The notes beneath the pieces were generated by a model. It saw nothing but the letters and a program-made list of their open reading frames with translations, was not told the origin of the DNA and made no database searches. A DNA stretch of 64,000 nucleotides from Strigamia acuminata (lineage: Eukaryota), in assembly GCA_949358305.1 (NCBI GenBank), contig OX442314.1:33356001-33420000 (forward strand), given 5' to 3'. Position numbers and translations under genes: made by a program. Positions 13,613-24,681 of the stretch are shown here, piece after piece (the stretch's first letter is position 1; the number at the start of each line of letters is the position of its first letter).

Positions 13613-14241
13613 CGTGACCGGCTGCCCACACAGTCTGTCACTTCACTGCAACACACGGCGCTTCCCAGCTCTCGCGCACCTCGTGTGTTTCTCGTGCGCG
13701 ACCTGGCGCGGTCCCCGCACCAGATGGAGCTGTTGGTCATTGGCTCCGGCCAATTGGGAACCGGAAGTGCCCCTTCCGGAAGTGGTGGGCCCCGCAGTAG
13801 CCTGACAGTTGATTCTTGACCAGCATGGCGAACGGTCGTGTTCCGACCTTCTTCGCAATGCCGATCGTAGGAGAGACCCGAAGGACCGACGCAGCAATGC
13901 TGTCGCCGGTCGGGACCTGAGCGTCCAACACGCCGTGTTCGCCGCACGTTTCTAAAGAACGTTGCGACGACGCGGCACAAACTGCAATAACCGATCTCGC
14001 GTGTCATGGCGATCTACCGATTGCCGTGACACGTGGTCAATCAGGAATAGCGGCAAAACCGCTATTACATTTGGGAAATACACCTTGAGACACCATATCA
14101 TACCCCTAGACAACAATAAAGCAATAACCAAAACCTAAACTTGTGTCTTTCGTGTATTTCGTGGATTTAATCATCGTGTGTGTTGCGTCCAGCGCCTCGC
14201 GGTCCTCCCCAGACCACGTGGCGTCCGTCCAAACACTCACA
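13613..14241 (+). repeat. 5' LTR of element 1
   Basis: Direct repeat of 20933-21561; CG...CA (first T mutated); contains AATAAA. Confidence 0.95.
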
Positions 14242-14243
14242 AT

Positions 14244-14261
14244 TGTGGGCCCGTCCGAGAT
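14244..14261 (+). promoter_or_regulatory. Primer-binding site, tRNA-Pro-like
   Basis: TGTGGGCCCGTCCGAGAT, 2 nt after the LTR; compare canonical Pro PBS TGGGGGCTCGTCCGGGAT. Confidence 0.75.
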
Positions 14262-15909
14262 TTTGAACTCTCTGGCGAAAAATTTTTGTTTACTGATGGT
14301 GCAAAACACCATATTAGACAAATCTCTTTTCTTTCAAAAGAGGGGGAAACTTCTTTGATCATGGTTGTGACAGGGGGTCAGCAAGCGAAACGGCCGCTAA
14401 TCGCTGACCATTGGACCCTGATTTGACAAAAACTTTTGGCTGTGCATGTCCAGCTTGCCTGGGTAATGGCAAGCAGGGACTTACATTAGCCATACTTTCC
14501 AAAAGTCTCCTATTTCTCTCTAGCTCAGCTTAAACAACTGGGTGGTTGGGAGGGAAATATGATTCTGAACCTTCATTTTTATTTTTATTTTTCTTGGTGC
14601 GAAGCCCAAGTGAAGTAATGAAACTATAACTGCAGAGTTTTGAACCCGATTAGAGGAAGAGGTGCGCTGGCGACGGCTGGCAATCCAAAACACACGGGGG
14701 ATAGGCGGTTACGCTAAAACCAATGCGGGCATAATCCAATTGCCACATTGCAGCCAATGGTTCCATTATGGGCCGGGCGAGGAGACGAGAATGGACTGAG
14801 CTTTGAGCACAAAGACCTTTTGAAGACCGGGGTATTACCCGGTATCCAGGTTGCTATTACGGGGAAGTTGCATGGCATGGAACGTTCAGGATGCACTGAG
14901 CGGTTGTCAATAAATGGGATCCGGGTAGCAGCGAAGTGCTGGCAAGCATGGGAAAAGTGGCTTGGAGGTTGCTGTGGCGATTCATAAGCTCTGAATTGCC
15001 CTGCTGCTGCTCAAGGCGCTCATCCGGGTTCATTTCGTATAACTCCTACCCTGTCCCAAGTACTGGTCAGAAACAGTTGCAAGTTGGTGTACACAACCCA
15101 AGAACTGTGGAGACTGGGACTTGGACAGCGGGGCGGGCTGCCGGAGGTACGGGGATACCGATGGTGAAGTGCCCAAATGATACAGAGAGCTCGTTAGGGC
15201 GTAGGAACGATATCTGTATATTCAGGTAGCTACCAGCTTTGAAAAAGGACTGGGAATCTAGCCTGTAACTGTATTTTCAATTTTTTATTCATCTTTTTGA
15301 ACTTTTCGAATTGTTGCTGGTTGTTCAGGGACTGTGCTCGAACCACAGTTCTAAGCAATCTCTGCATTTTGGGAATTTTATATTTTGTGTTTACACTTTT
15401 CTCATTTTTCTTTCTCTTCAATTTTTTCTTCTCTATCTATTATTTTCATGGTTTCTTTGGGACTCCACATCCGACAGTAGTTACATGTATCTTAAATGCC
15501 GGGCGGTATACAGCACCAAATGGAGGGTGATATGGCTTCGAGATGGCAGCTGAAAGATTGGACCCAGGGAGACTAGGGACGACGGGTGCGTTTGCCTCTT
15601 ACTTTTCAGATGTACCTGATTGTCTCAAACAAACAACCACTTCATTGGGATGAGCAGACATTCCAGTGTAAGCACGTTTCTGTCGAGAAGGCAGCCTCGT
15701 GCAGACTGAGGTGAAGGCCTCAGCGTAGGCGAGCGGGCGCAATTGCTATTTTCTTGGGGCAGAAGGAGAGAACTAGTAATATCCCTGTTTATTTCTGCAG
15801 ACTTCTGCTAAAAATCGTAAGTTTTGGGGTGATTTTCTTTAGGAAATTCACACATCTTTTATCATTTTTCATTGTATTTTTTCTTGTCTTTCTTCTTTTT
15901 AAATTGTGA

Positions 15910-16045
15910 ATTCTACTTCTTTGTTGCAAAACAATAAAGTTGTGGGATTATTTTGTGTATTCTACTTCTTTGTTGCAAAACAATAAAGTTGTGGGATTAT
16001 TTTGTGTATTCTACTTCTTTGTTGCAAAACAATAAAGTTGTGGGA
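15910..16045. repeat. 49-bp tandem repeat, ~2.8 copies
   Basis: ATTCTACTTCTTTGTTGCAAAACAATAAAGTTGTGGGATTATTTTGTGT repeated at 15910, 15959, 16008. Confidence 0.9.
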
Positions 16046-16712
16046 CTAATTAACGCTTTTGCGTGTCACTTTACCGTTGTTTTAAACAATGGTAAAAACC
16101 ATTCGTTTGGTAATTCCGAAGCTTTTGAGACATGGTTTGAGTGCTTTTAAAAAGTACAAAAGTTATGTTTCTTTGGTATCAGACCATTTATGATCTGGTT
16201 CTATGGCTTCTAGTACCAAACAATCACCTTCTGTTGTTTTCAAAATGTTGGTTTTTCTGCAAAAACAGAAATAATCAAATCATTTTTTGTGGTCAAAGTT
16301 TTTATTTTTTCAAAAATCAAAGATGGCGACCTGGAAACAATAGGAAAACCATGTGGAAATCTAAGATTTTTCCAGAAATTCTGGAATTTCGAGAAACTAA
16401 AAGTTTTTGGAACTCTGGGAAATAACTTCTGGGAATTTCGAACCAATCACGTGATTTATGGGGATAATGGGGGGGAGTGACATCACTAATCCCTCCCCCA
16501 TGAATGGCTAAAATTTACAACATCGCTGACCTCTAATTGGTTGCAAACTAATTCTTTGCGTCCATTTTGTTTTTCTGCGGACCTGTCTTCTGGCACAGTT
16601 CGGCCAATGCCACACACCAGATCAGGCAAGCCCACGTGGAAATCGCCAAGCGACCAAAACCGTTACAAGAGAAGAAGATTCCGACGCCGATTCGAACGAT
16701 TCACCCCTGAAT

Positions 16713-17820
16713 TTGACAATCGAAGAAGAAATGGCGAATGGAGGTAACAAAACGTTGGACCAAGCAATGCTTGAGACAACATGCGAAATTTTCGATCTAA
16801 AAATCGAGAATATAAACACGTACGCCGTATGGGAAAGCACGCTGCTTGCAGTGGCCAATCATACAGTGGAAATCGAACATGAAGCTGATGTTGCAAAACG
16901 ACAATCAGCGGACCTTTCCGCAGAAATTGACGACCTAACCAGCCGTCTCAAAGAAGCGGAAATAGCAAATCAAACCCATTTGCGATCAATAAAAACCTTT
17001 TCTGAACTGTTAAACCAACAGAAATCAGTCATGGATAGCGTGACAGCGGCGGGCCAAGCAATGGTCGAAGCCAACAAATTGGCGACTGCTGCAAAAACAG
17101 TTGTGTCGTACACGCGTTCAAACCAACCAGTAAATGTGAACGGCAATACGCAAAACGTAACGCCGCAAGCAGTTACTACGAATTCGACACTTTTGGCCTG
17201 GGGTAATACCTTCGGCCAAGGAGTGGACAAACCACTAGGCGACTTTAAACCCAAAGACGCGATAACGGTATCACGCACTTTAAGCAATTTTGAATTGAGT
17301 AAGCGCGTGAATGCCATCTGTTTGGAACCGTTTCTTGGTGACAAAATGGAAGCTCACGACTTCTTAATGGATTTGAAAGGGGCTCTTGCTTTTGCAGAAC
17401 CTTCTATCAACCAGGTGCTCAAAGAGCATCTATTTAAGTTTTTCAAAGGTGAAGCAGGAACATGGTTCTCTTCGACTGCTAAAAATACTTGGCAAGAATT
17501 TGAAAACGAATTCCTTCTACATTTCAGGCCAAGCGACGCATTGTTACTGGCAGAAATAGACAAGATGCAACAGGCATCACATGAGTCTGCCACTCAAGTA
17601 GTGTTTAGATTGGAGAGGCTGTATACACAGCTGGCTATTCCAGTCCATGAGAGCCTACAACTCCGTAAGATTTTGACTATTTTGCGACCGGCAGCGAGAC
17701 ATGGCACGTACTGCATTACATGCGGATAATACGTGGGCAGCTCTCAGAAAAGCTTGTGTAGCAACAGAAGCTTCGATCCTCAACAAGGAAGCGATAGCAA
17801 CTTCAAAAGCTGAAAAAGCA
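16713..17820 (+). CDS. gag: Gag-like capsid protein (frameshift near 17700)
   Basis: Coiled-coil-like N-terminus, then FKGEAGTWF...TWQEFENEFLLHF...MQQ...ES (retrotransposon gag motif). Confidence 0.8.
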
Positions 17821-18739
17821 AGACTGTTTTTTCAAACTTTGATGAAACATACTGGATTGCTTGTTTGCCTTTCAGTTTGTGCAATACATCTTGTGCATTT
17901 TAGAGGACGATAAACAAAGTTCTAGAAACTGCACAGAACATGGACTCTTGCCTGAATTTGGACATCATCATTTATGATTGAGTCCATGACAGAGCTTCTC
18001 CAAGATCTAGGTGAAATTGAATCGATGGCTAGCCCATTGAAACCGTTTTTTCCTATGCCCAGAAAAGATTGATTTTTTCTTTCTCAAATTATTACTGAGT
18101 CTGATGGGAGTTATAGCCCAAAAATGACAAAGTCCAAGCAGATTTTGACTGGATGCTGACTATCCTTTGTTGCAATACGACAAGGATTGTTTTTTATCTG
18201 CGCACTAGCTCGGGTAAATTTATTGTTGCAAAACAACGATAAAAGTCTCTGGTTTGAAAATTTAGAAGTTCTTTGGACATGATTTCGTGCTTTTTTAGGG
18301 CACAAAAGTCATGTTCTCATGGAATCAGACCAATATTTGATCTGGTTCTGAACTTCTAGTTCCAAACAAATTTCTATTTGCTTTCAAAAATTGTTGCTTT
18401 TCTTCAGAAATGGAGAAATTTTGGCATCTATTGAGTCAATATTGTTGGTTTTTCATAAAAATACAAAATGGCGACCAGAAAACAATGGAAAAACATGTGG
18501 TGATCACAGATTTTTCGGGAAAGATTTGATTTTCAAACAAATTTTCGAAAATCGTGGGATCTCTGAGAATTTAATTACACAAAATTAAATAAATTCACTA
18601 CCAATGAGAGAACAGGGGGGGGGAAGTGACATCCCTAATCCCTCTCTCATGAACAATTACACTCACTACAAATAAAAAGTTGTTAGACCTGTGGTGGCAG
18701 ACATTTTCAAAACAAGGAATGTCCCACGAGGTGAAAACA

Positions 18740-19170
18740 GCAGCAATCAGAAGAATGCATCTGCATTTGAGTTTGAGAACCAATTTGCAGAAAGAATTAT
18801 GCTGTCTCTGCCTGATTCGCTCGCACTTTGTCACCCTTACGGATGCAAAAGTAGCAGCTGGCTCGAAGCAGTCTTTCTACAAATGGACGACCAAGATGCT
18901 TTGGTTTAAAGACTAAGGTAGTTGTTTTTGTAATAGGACGCTGAAACGCGCAGAAAGCAACTACAAGCACCACGAATTTGGAAAACTTTCAGCTGTGATT
19001 TGACAAGTTCAGACCACACTGAGAATTCTAGATTTGAAGTTGGAAATTTAGTATCACTAAAAATCCATCATTTGAGGAAAATAGCTATACCATTAGCTAC
19101 GTCTCGCAAAGACCTTTTCAAAGAACCAGGTATAATCACTAAAATGACCAATACAAATGGTTTTACAACA
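18740..19170 (+). pseudogene. Heavily deleted pol remnant (RNase H and integrase C-terminus)
   Basis: LSLPD..., LTDA..., LEAVFLQ, RTLKRAESNY-STTNLE and FEVGNLVSLKIH in shifting frames. Confidence 0.6.
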
Positions 19171-19749
19171 TTGTGAAACACAGGAGATTTATTCCTTCAG
19201 ATGAAAATACCAAGTGGCCTATTCCAGATGAAAGAGATATAGAAGTCCCTGAAAATCAACCAAAAAAGATGCTGAATTGACAACAAAATTGCCAATTTCA
19301 ACACAACCAGAGAAAGCCAGTACAGCAACCAAATTGCTAATACCAGCGCAACCATTGAATATTTTGAATCAAAATGTGGTTTTGCCTCTGCCAAATGTAA
19401 TTTCAAAACAAACTACAAATATTTGGCCAAAACCACAACAAACTTCCGGTCGCCCTCAAAGAAATCGAAGACCACCGGCAAGATTACTCGATTAAACACC
19501 AGGGGGACACCCCTGAACTCAAGAAACCGATTTTGGACCAATCACAGATCGTCTAGAAAACGTCTGCAGTACTTTCCAAAATACGCCATTAACACGTGTA
19601 CGAAATTCGTATATTTAACGAGCGCTGATTCGGTCTACAAATCATTCTGTTCACCAACAGCGACCGACCACCACAGTTCTCGCATTCAAACGATTCTCGA
19701 AGGAATCCAGAATTTCATTGTTTCCGAAATCGATAAGTTTTGCTGTAAA

Positions 19750-20682
19750 ATGGATCAACGATTATTGTCGACACACACGACATGCACAGTATGCATGGGC
19801 GGAGGACTCACGCACTACCCGAATTTGCAGGTAACGGCATGTATGAACTGCAACGGAAAGAAGATTGTTTATCTTTATCGACCGGTGGAGAATTTTTTTA
19901 AATTTTTCATGCGGCCAGAACATTTGCTTCCCGATCACAAACGCGTCTTGACGTGGGGGAAAGTTCGAAGCGAAGCCGACAGGGAAAGGGACGCGAAAAT
20001 CTACTTCAAGGGACTTTCCGCATCCTCTACCCCAACGCAACCGCCAAGAAAAAAGGCGAAGATGTCGAACAAAAATTCGTCATTTGAACCACAAACACTA
20101 GTAGAGGCCACGAGCAACAACTCGACGGTCGATACAAACAAAACGGCGAAGCAATCGAGCAAAAACTCGACAGCCAAACCAATACTAAAAGGAAATGGTC
20201 CAAAGACCTTTTCCGCAACAACGAAACAAATGGGTATTTCCATGGAAACTAACATTTCCGCGGAGCTACTGGAGCTTCGGTTGGCTGTTCGTACGGAACA
20301 CCCAACTTGGAGTGAGAAAGAAGTAAAGGACGAAGCCAAGAAGCGTCGTCAATTACGAAAAGCGGCCGATTACCAACGGCACACAAACGCCATCGCCAAT
20401 ACCACGTCGAAGACACCGGCGGCGGCAACGATCACGAGCGAGACAGCCAAGACTGTTTCACCAAAAATAATGCGGACGGAGAAAACTCCGGAAGAACTGA
20501 AAGGGGTTTGGAGTCAAATATTGCCTGCCCCGCTCTCTTCTTTGAAAGCAAAGAGTCTCGTCCAGGTCTTTTTAGACCTACATCAAGTGTTTTTATTGTT
20601 TAATTACAAGTTTTTTCACATTTATTTTTTGTTTTTCAACTTACCCTTAAAGTTTTTCCATTTAAATAACCACGAGTTATAA
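19750..20682 (+). CDS. Accessory ORF of element 1; unknown protein with CxxC..CxxC pair and NLS-like motif
   Basis: Open frame 19423-20682, first ATG at 19750; CTVC...CMNC, PPRKKAK, AKKRRQLRK; sits just upstream of the PPT. Confidence 0.55.
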   Translation: MDQRLLSTHTTCTVCMGGGLTHYPNLQVTACMNCNGKKIVYLYRPVENFFKFFMRPEHLLPDHKRVLTWGKVRSEADRERDAKIYFKGLSASSTPTQPPRKKAKMSNKNSSFEPQTLVEATSNNSTVDTNKTAKQSSKNSTAKPILKGNGPKTFSATTKQMGISMETNISAELLELRLAVRTEHPTWSEKEVKDEAKKRRQLRKAADYQRHTNAIANTTSKTPAAATITSETAKTVSPKIMRTEKTPEELKGVWSQILPAPLSSLKAKSLVQVFLDLHQVFLLFNYKFFHIYFLFFNLPLKFFHLNNHEL

Positions 20683-20920
20683 GTTTTAAAAATCAAATAG
20701 CATTTTATTCATGTTCAAAATTTACAAGTGTTTTTTACAAATTATTTATTATACAGTGTATTTCAAATTTTCTGTCTTTCATCCTGGGGGTAAGTGTGGT
20801 CCTTGAGTGTGTGTTTCCCGCAGTGTTTTCCTGTAAAAAGAGAAGTAATATACAATTAACTTTTCAAACCACTTTCGTGAAGTGTGTTGTCAGTTCTCCT
20901 TCTAAGAATTACCTCTTTTT

Positions 20921-20932
20921 AGGGGGGGGAGA
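20921..20932 (+). promoter_or_regulatory. Polypurine tract
   Basis: AGGGGGGGGAGA directly before the TG of the 3' LTR. Confidence 0.9.
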
Positions 20933-21561
20933 TGTGACCGGCTGCCCACACAGTCTGTCACTTCACTGCAACACACGGCGCTTCCCAGCTCTCGCGCACC
21001 TCGTGTGTTTCTCGTGCGCGACCTGGCGCGGTCCCCGCACCAGGTGGAGCTGTTGGTCATTGGCTCCGGCCAATTGGGAACCGGAAGTGCCCTTTCCGGA
21101 AGTGGTGGGCCCCGCAGTAGCCCGACAGTTGATTCTTGACCAGCATGGCGAACGGTCGTGTTCCGACCTTCTTCGCAATGCCGATCGTAGGAGAGACCCG
21201 AAGGACCGACGCAGCAATGCTGTCGCCGGTCGGGACCTGAGCGTCCAACACGCCGTGTTCGCCGCACGTTTCTAAAGAACGTTGCGACGACGCGGCACAA
21301 ACTGCAATAACCGATCTCGCGTGTCATGGCGATCTACCGATTGCCGTGACACGTGGTCAATCAGGAATAGCGGCAAAACCGCTATTACATTTGGGAAATA
21401 CACCTTGAGACACCATATCATACCCCTAGACAACAATAAAGCAATAACCAAAACCTAAACTTGTGTCTTTCGTGTATTTCGTGGATTTAATCATTGTGTG
21501 TGTTGCGTCCAGCGCCTCGCGGTCCTCCCCAGACCACGTGGCGTCCGTCCGAACACTCACA
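20933..21561 (+). repeat. 3' LTR of element 1
   Basis: TG...CA, direct repeat of 13613-14241. Confidence 0.95.
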
Positions 21562-22783
21562 ATTATGATCTTGATCTGGTGGATTCAAGCAAACTTGAAA
21601 TAATAAATCTGCTTCCATAGGGAATAAATGTGTATAAGCAAATACATTTTTAACCCAAATAATTGATCCAATAGTTTAAAGACTGGGGTTGCTAATTCAA
21701 AACGGAAATTTGAGCACCATGAAGAAAAGTCAATAGCAAGTCACCTATAATTTTAGTACCCGGCCATTTTTTCCTTTGTTTGAAATACTGACGACAAAAA
21801 GATAATTTAAAAACATTTGCCAGCTTGCTTCTGTACTCATCAAGATCTAATTTGAGTAGGCATCCCTTGTCTCTCCAGTTTTTGCAACTTTCTTCCATGT
21901 AATTATTGGGATGACCAAATACAATCCACTTAATTCTAAAAACATGTGGGCATCGACGCGATTGTGTATATTCTCTGTTATGTATTTTACAAAAAGAGAC
22001 TCTTTAAGATTCTCATCCAAGGATGCTATTAAACTATTAAAAAATTCAGGGTTCCCTTCCAAATTTTTCTGTACAGCACCTATTGTCAAAGAAGGCCATA
22101 TCTTAAAGATTTGATATGCTGAATCTCGATACTGACCTAATAAGTCCAATCCACAATGTATTACATTCACAACAGTGGTGTAAAGATCATGACCTGGGTG
22201 TTTTGTGTCACCCCATAACCAGGCGTAGAGTTTATACAGTCTCTTAGTCCTGCCAAATGGGCATGTGTGATCAAAAAGAAGATTTCATTACGTTCAATTA
22301 GGCGTAAATTTCCAAAACAAAACCCGACAAATTGACCTAGTTTGAAATTATCAAACATTTTGTCACTAAATGTGACTTTATCAAACAAATTGTCAAATTC
22401 AGTTTTGATGTTGTGTAATTGGTATATCAAATCTGGAACATGCTTGAGTTTATCAGAGTATCTCTGTGGAATGTCTCTCTTGCTCCAGTTTAGTTTTCCA
22501 ACTCGTAGTGTAGTGTAGTGTGGGCTATTTCAATCTCTATGTTTAGTTCTTGTCTAGTATCCCTGGTAGTAGTTAATAAATTTACTCAGTTATTTAAGAA
22601 ATATGGATAGAAATGGTATGACGTATAATAAGTCTTATCAGTCTTGGTCATATGTTGAAGGATGTGCTTGTGTTCAATTTTCAAAGTTTCATCTTTATCT
22701 GCATTTTGAAATAAATAATCTATTTCACTAGTATTTAAAGCTGATGATAAATGTTTGTCCTTCCTAAAAACAGATGAAGCCAT
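21562..22783 (-). pseudogene. Endogenous viral element: Mononegavirales L gene, 5' part (N-terminus to motif A)
   Basis: MASSVFRKDKHLSSAL, LELSGL..GHP, FCRQYFKQRKKWP, IDFSSWCSNFRFELATPVFKLLDQLFGL, NVFAYTHLFP; joins the 3' part in frame across the ATTA TSD (NPPDQDHN|GDPLQGPR). Confidence 0.9.
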
Positions 22784-22889
22784 TTTGTTTGTTTCAAAGC
22801 AAACCCTCTTTAGGGTTGTATTCATAAGTATGGAGTTGAAATAAAACCGACTTTGCTTGATGAATTTAATGAGTCGACTGACTGTTTAT

Positions 22890-23457
22890 TGTATAACGAA
22901 AGAAGGAGGTTGCCAGGTTTTCCCCTGGCAACTTACAATAGAAAAAGGTGAATATATTATTGAAACAATTCGTGAGTATCGAAATATTGTAAGAAAGTCA
23001 AATATGTATTCATGGCGGACGTAGCAGTAAGCCTTGCAGAGGCCAAGTAGTTCTCTCCTAGTAGTAGTTTTTAGTCAGCAAGGCGAACGGTCGCTTTCGT
23101 GATCGCTCCCCAACACTAACTATGATAGCGACCCAATTGATCGGCGTGGCGACGCTGTTGCCCACCGGGACCTGAGCGTCCAAGTACGCCGCGTTTGTCC
23201 AACGTTGCGGCGACGCGGCCGAACATGCAATTCTGATTACTCGATCGTGTCATGCGGTCTAGTTAGGGATGGCTGTTCGCAGCCATCGCATTGGGAAATG
23301 CACCATGAGACACGACATCATACCCCTAGACAACAATAAAGCTTACATTAAACTAAACCTGTCTCCTGTGTATTTTGTAGTTAATCTTATCGTGTTTCTT
23401 GTGTCCAACGTCCCGTGGCTCTCCACTGACCATGTGGCGTCTGTCCGAACACTCACA
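22890..23457 (+). mobile_element. Diverged solo or partial LTR related to element-1 LTRs
   Basis: Shares GGCGAACGGTCG, GGGACCTGAGCGTCCAA, CATACCCCTAGACAACAATAAAGC and the terminal CCGAACACTCACA; 5' boundary uncertain, no TSD found. Confidence 0.75.
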
Positions 23458-23617
23458 GGTGCCACGACTCAACTTATTCCTAACATTGCTTTGTTTCAGC
23501 CAAAGCTGTAGTATACAATTTCGTAGATTATCAGATAATTGCTTCAATTTTGTCATTTTTTATTTGGAAACAACTATTTTCCAAATGTATTCACTCTTTA
23601 TTTTAAGCACAACAGGT

Positions 23618-24613
23618 TGTGGTGACCCGACTGGGGTGGGGCACGAAGAGTTTCTCTCGTGGCCTACATACGGGTAAAGAAGGGGAGTCGCACGCGCGCC
23701 TCCCTTCCCTCAGAGCATTGACATCCAGTCAATGGACGGGCGTCTGCCCTGGGGGAGTGGGGGAGATTCGTCTTCTCCACTATTGGGTGGCTTTAGTCAC
23801 CTGTCACCCCCCGCTTTGTGCAAAGGAATTCGCCTTGCACTGAGCGGGCAGAACCAACACAAAAATCAACCAAGATACACGTAAAAGCCAAACGTCCTAA
23901 AACGATCAAGCCTAAGTACAAAGACTTCAGGAGTGACCTAGGACAAGGGACTTTCAACGTGAGTACGATTGATTTGTGTTAACCTCCGCAGAGTAACCTG
24001 CGAAACAAGATTACCACACTATTTTAGCAAGCCAGCTAGAAATAGTAAACCTACTCCAATTTAGCGAGTTGTGCAGACAAACGGTCGCACAAGCCTAAAT
24101 TGCAGTAACCACGACGAGCGTTCCCGCCGCTGTGTGTATCGCCGGGAACCACCAAGCGTCCGCCGCTGTGTGATCGCCGGACACCTACAAAAAACCCTAA
24201 ACCTAGACAACAGACCAGAAGTAAGACCTTTCAGGCATTCACTCGCGCCCGACCAGCGTGAGCCCGAAGGACCGAACGAGAAACGTGAGACGAGGACGCC
24301 ATTCATTGCCACGCCGGCCCAAGACGACACCACGTTGCCACGCGGACGCCATCTTGGATCCACAGCGACAAAGGACGACCTCGACCAGTTTCCCGCCAAC
24401 TTCACACCCCTTTCCTTTTACCTTTTTATTCCCTTACATATTTTATTCCCTTTTAACTGTATATTCCCGTATAATAAATACATTTATTATATTTACCTTT
24501 TACATTGTCTTGCCGTGTTACATTATTTGGGTAACCGCTTGAGTAAAGCGGTATTGCGAGATCAGAGAGTGACTCATACCACGTATCAGCGACAGACCGA
24601 GTTGAGCGCGACA
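23618..24613 (+). repeat. 5' LTR of element 2
   Basis: Direct repeat of 61480-62475; one mismatch seen (GAGTACG vs GAGGACG). Confidence 0.97.
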
Positions 24614-24615
24614 CG

Positions 24616-24633
24616 TGGGGGCCTGTCCGGGAT
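24616..24633 (+). promoter_or_regulatory. Primer-binding site, tRNA-Pro
   Basis: TGGGGGCCTGTCCGGGAT, 2 nt after the LTR. Confidence 0.9.
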
Positions 24634-24681
24634 CGATTTAAACGACTCGAATAGAACTTGAGATCATTTTCATACCCAAAA

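Larger units (their letters stand above)
13613..21561 (+). mobile_element. Non-autonomous Ty3/gypsy-type LTR retrotransposon (7.9 kb)
   Basis: 629-bp LTRs at 13613-14241 and 20933-21561 (6 transitions counted by eye); TSD ATTA at 13609-13612 and 21562-21565; PBS and PPT present; gag-like ORF; only remnants of pol. Confidence 0.93.
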
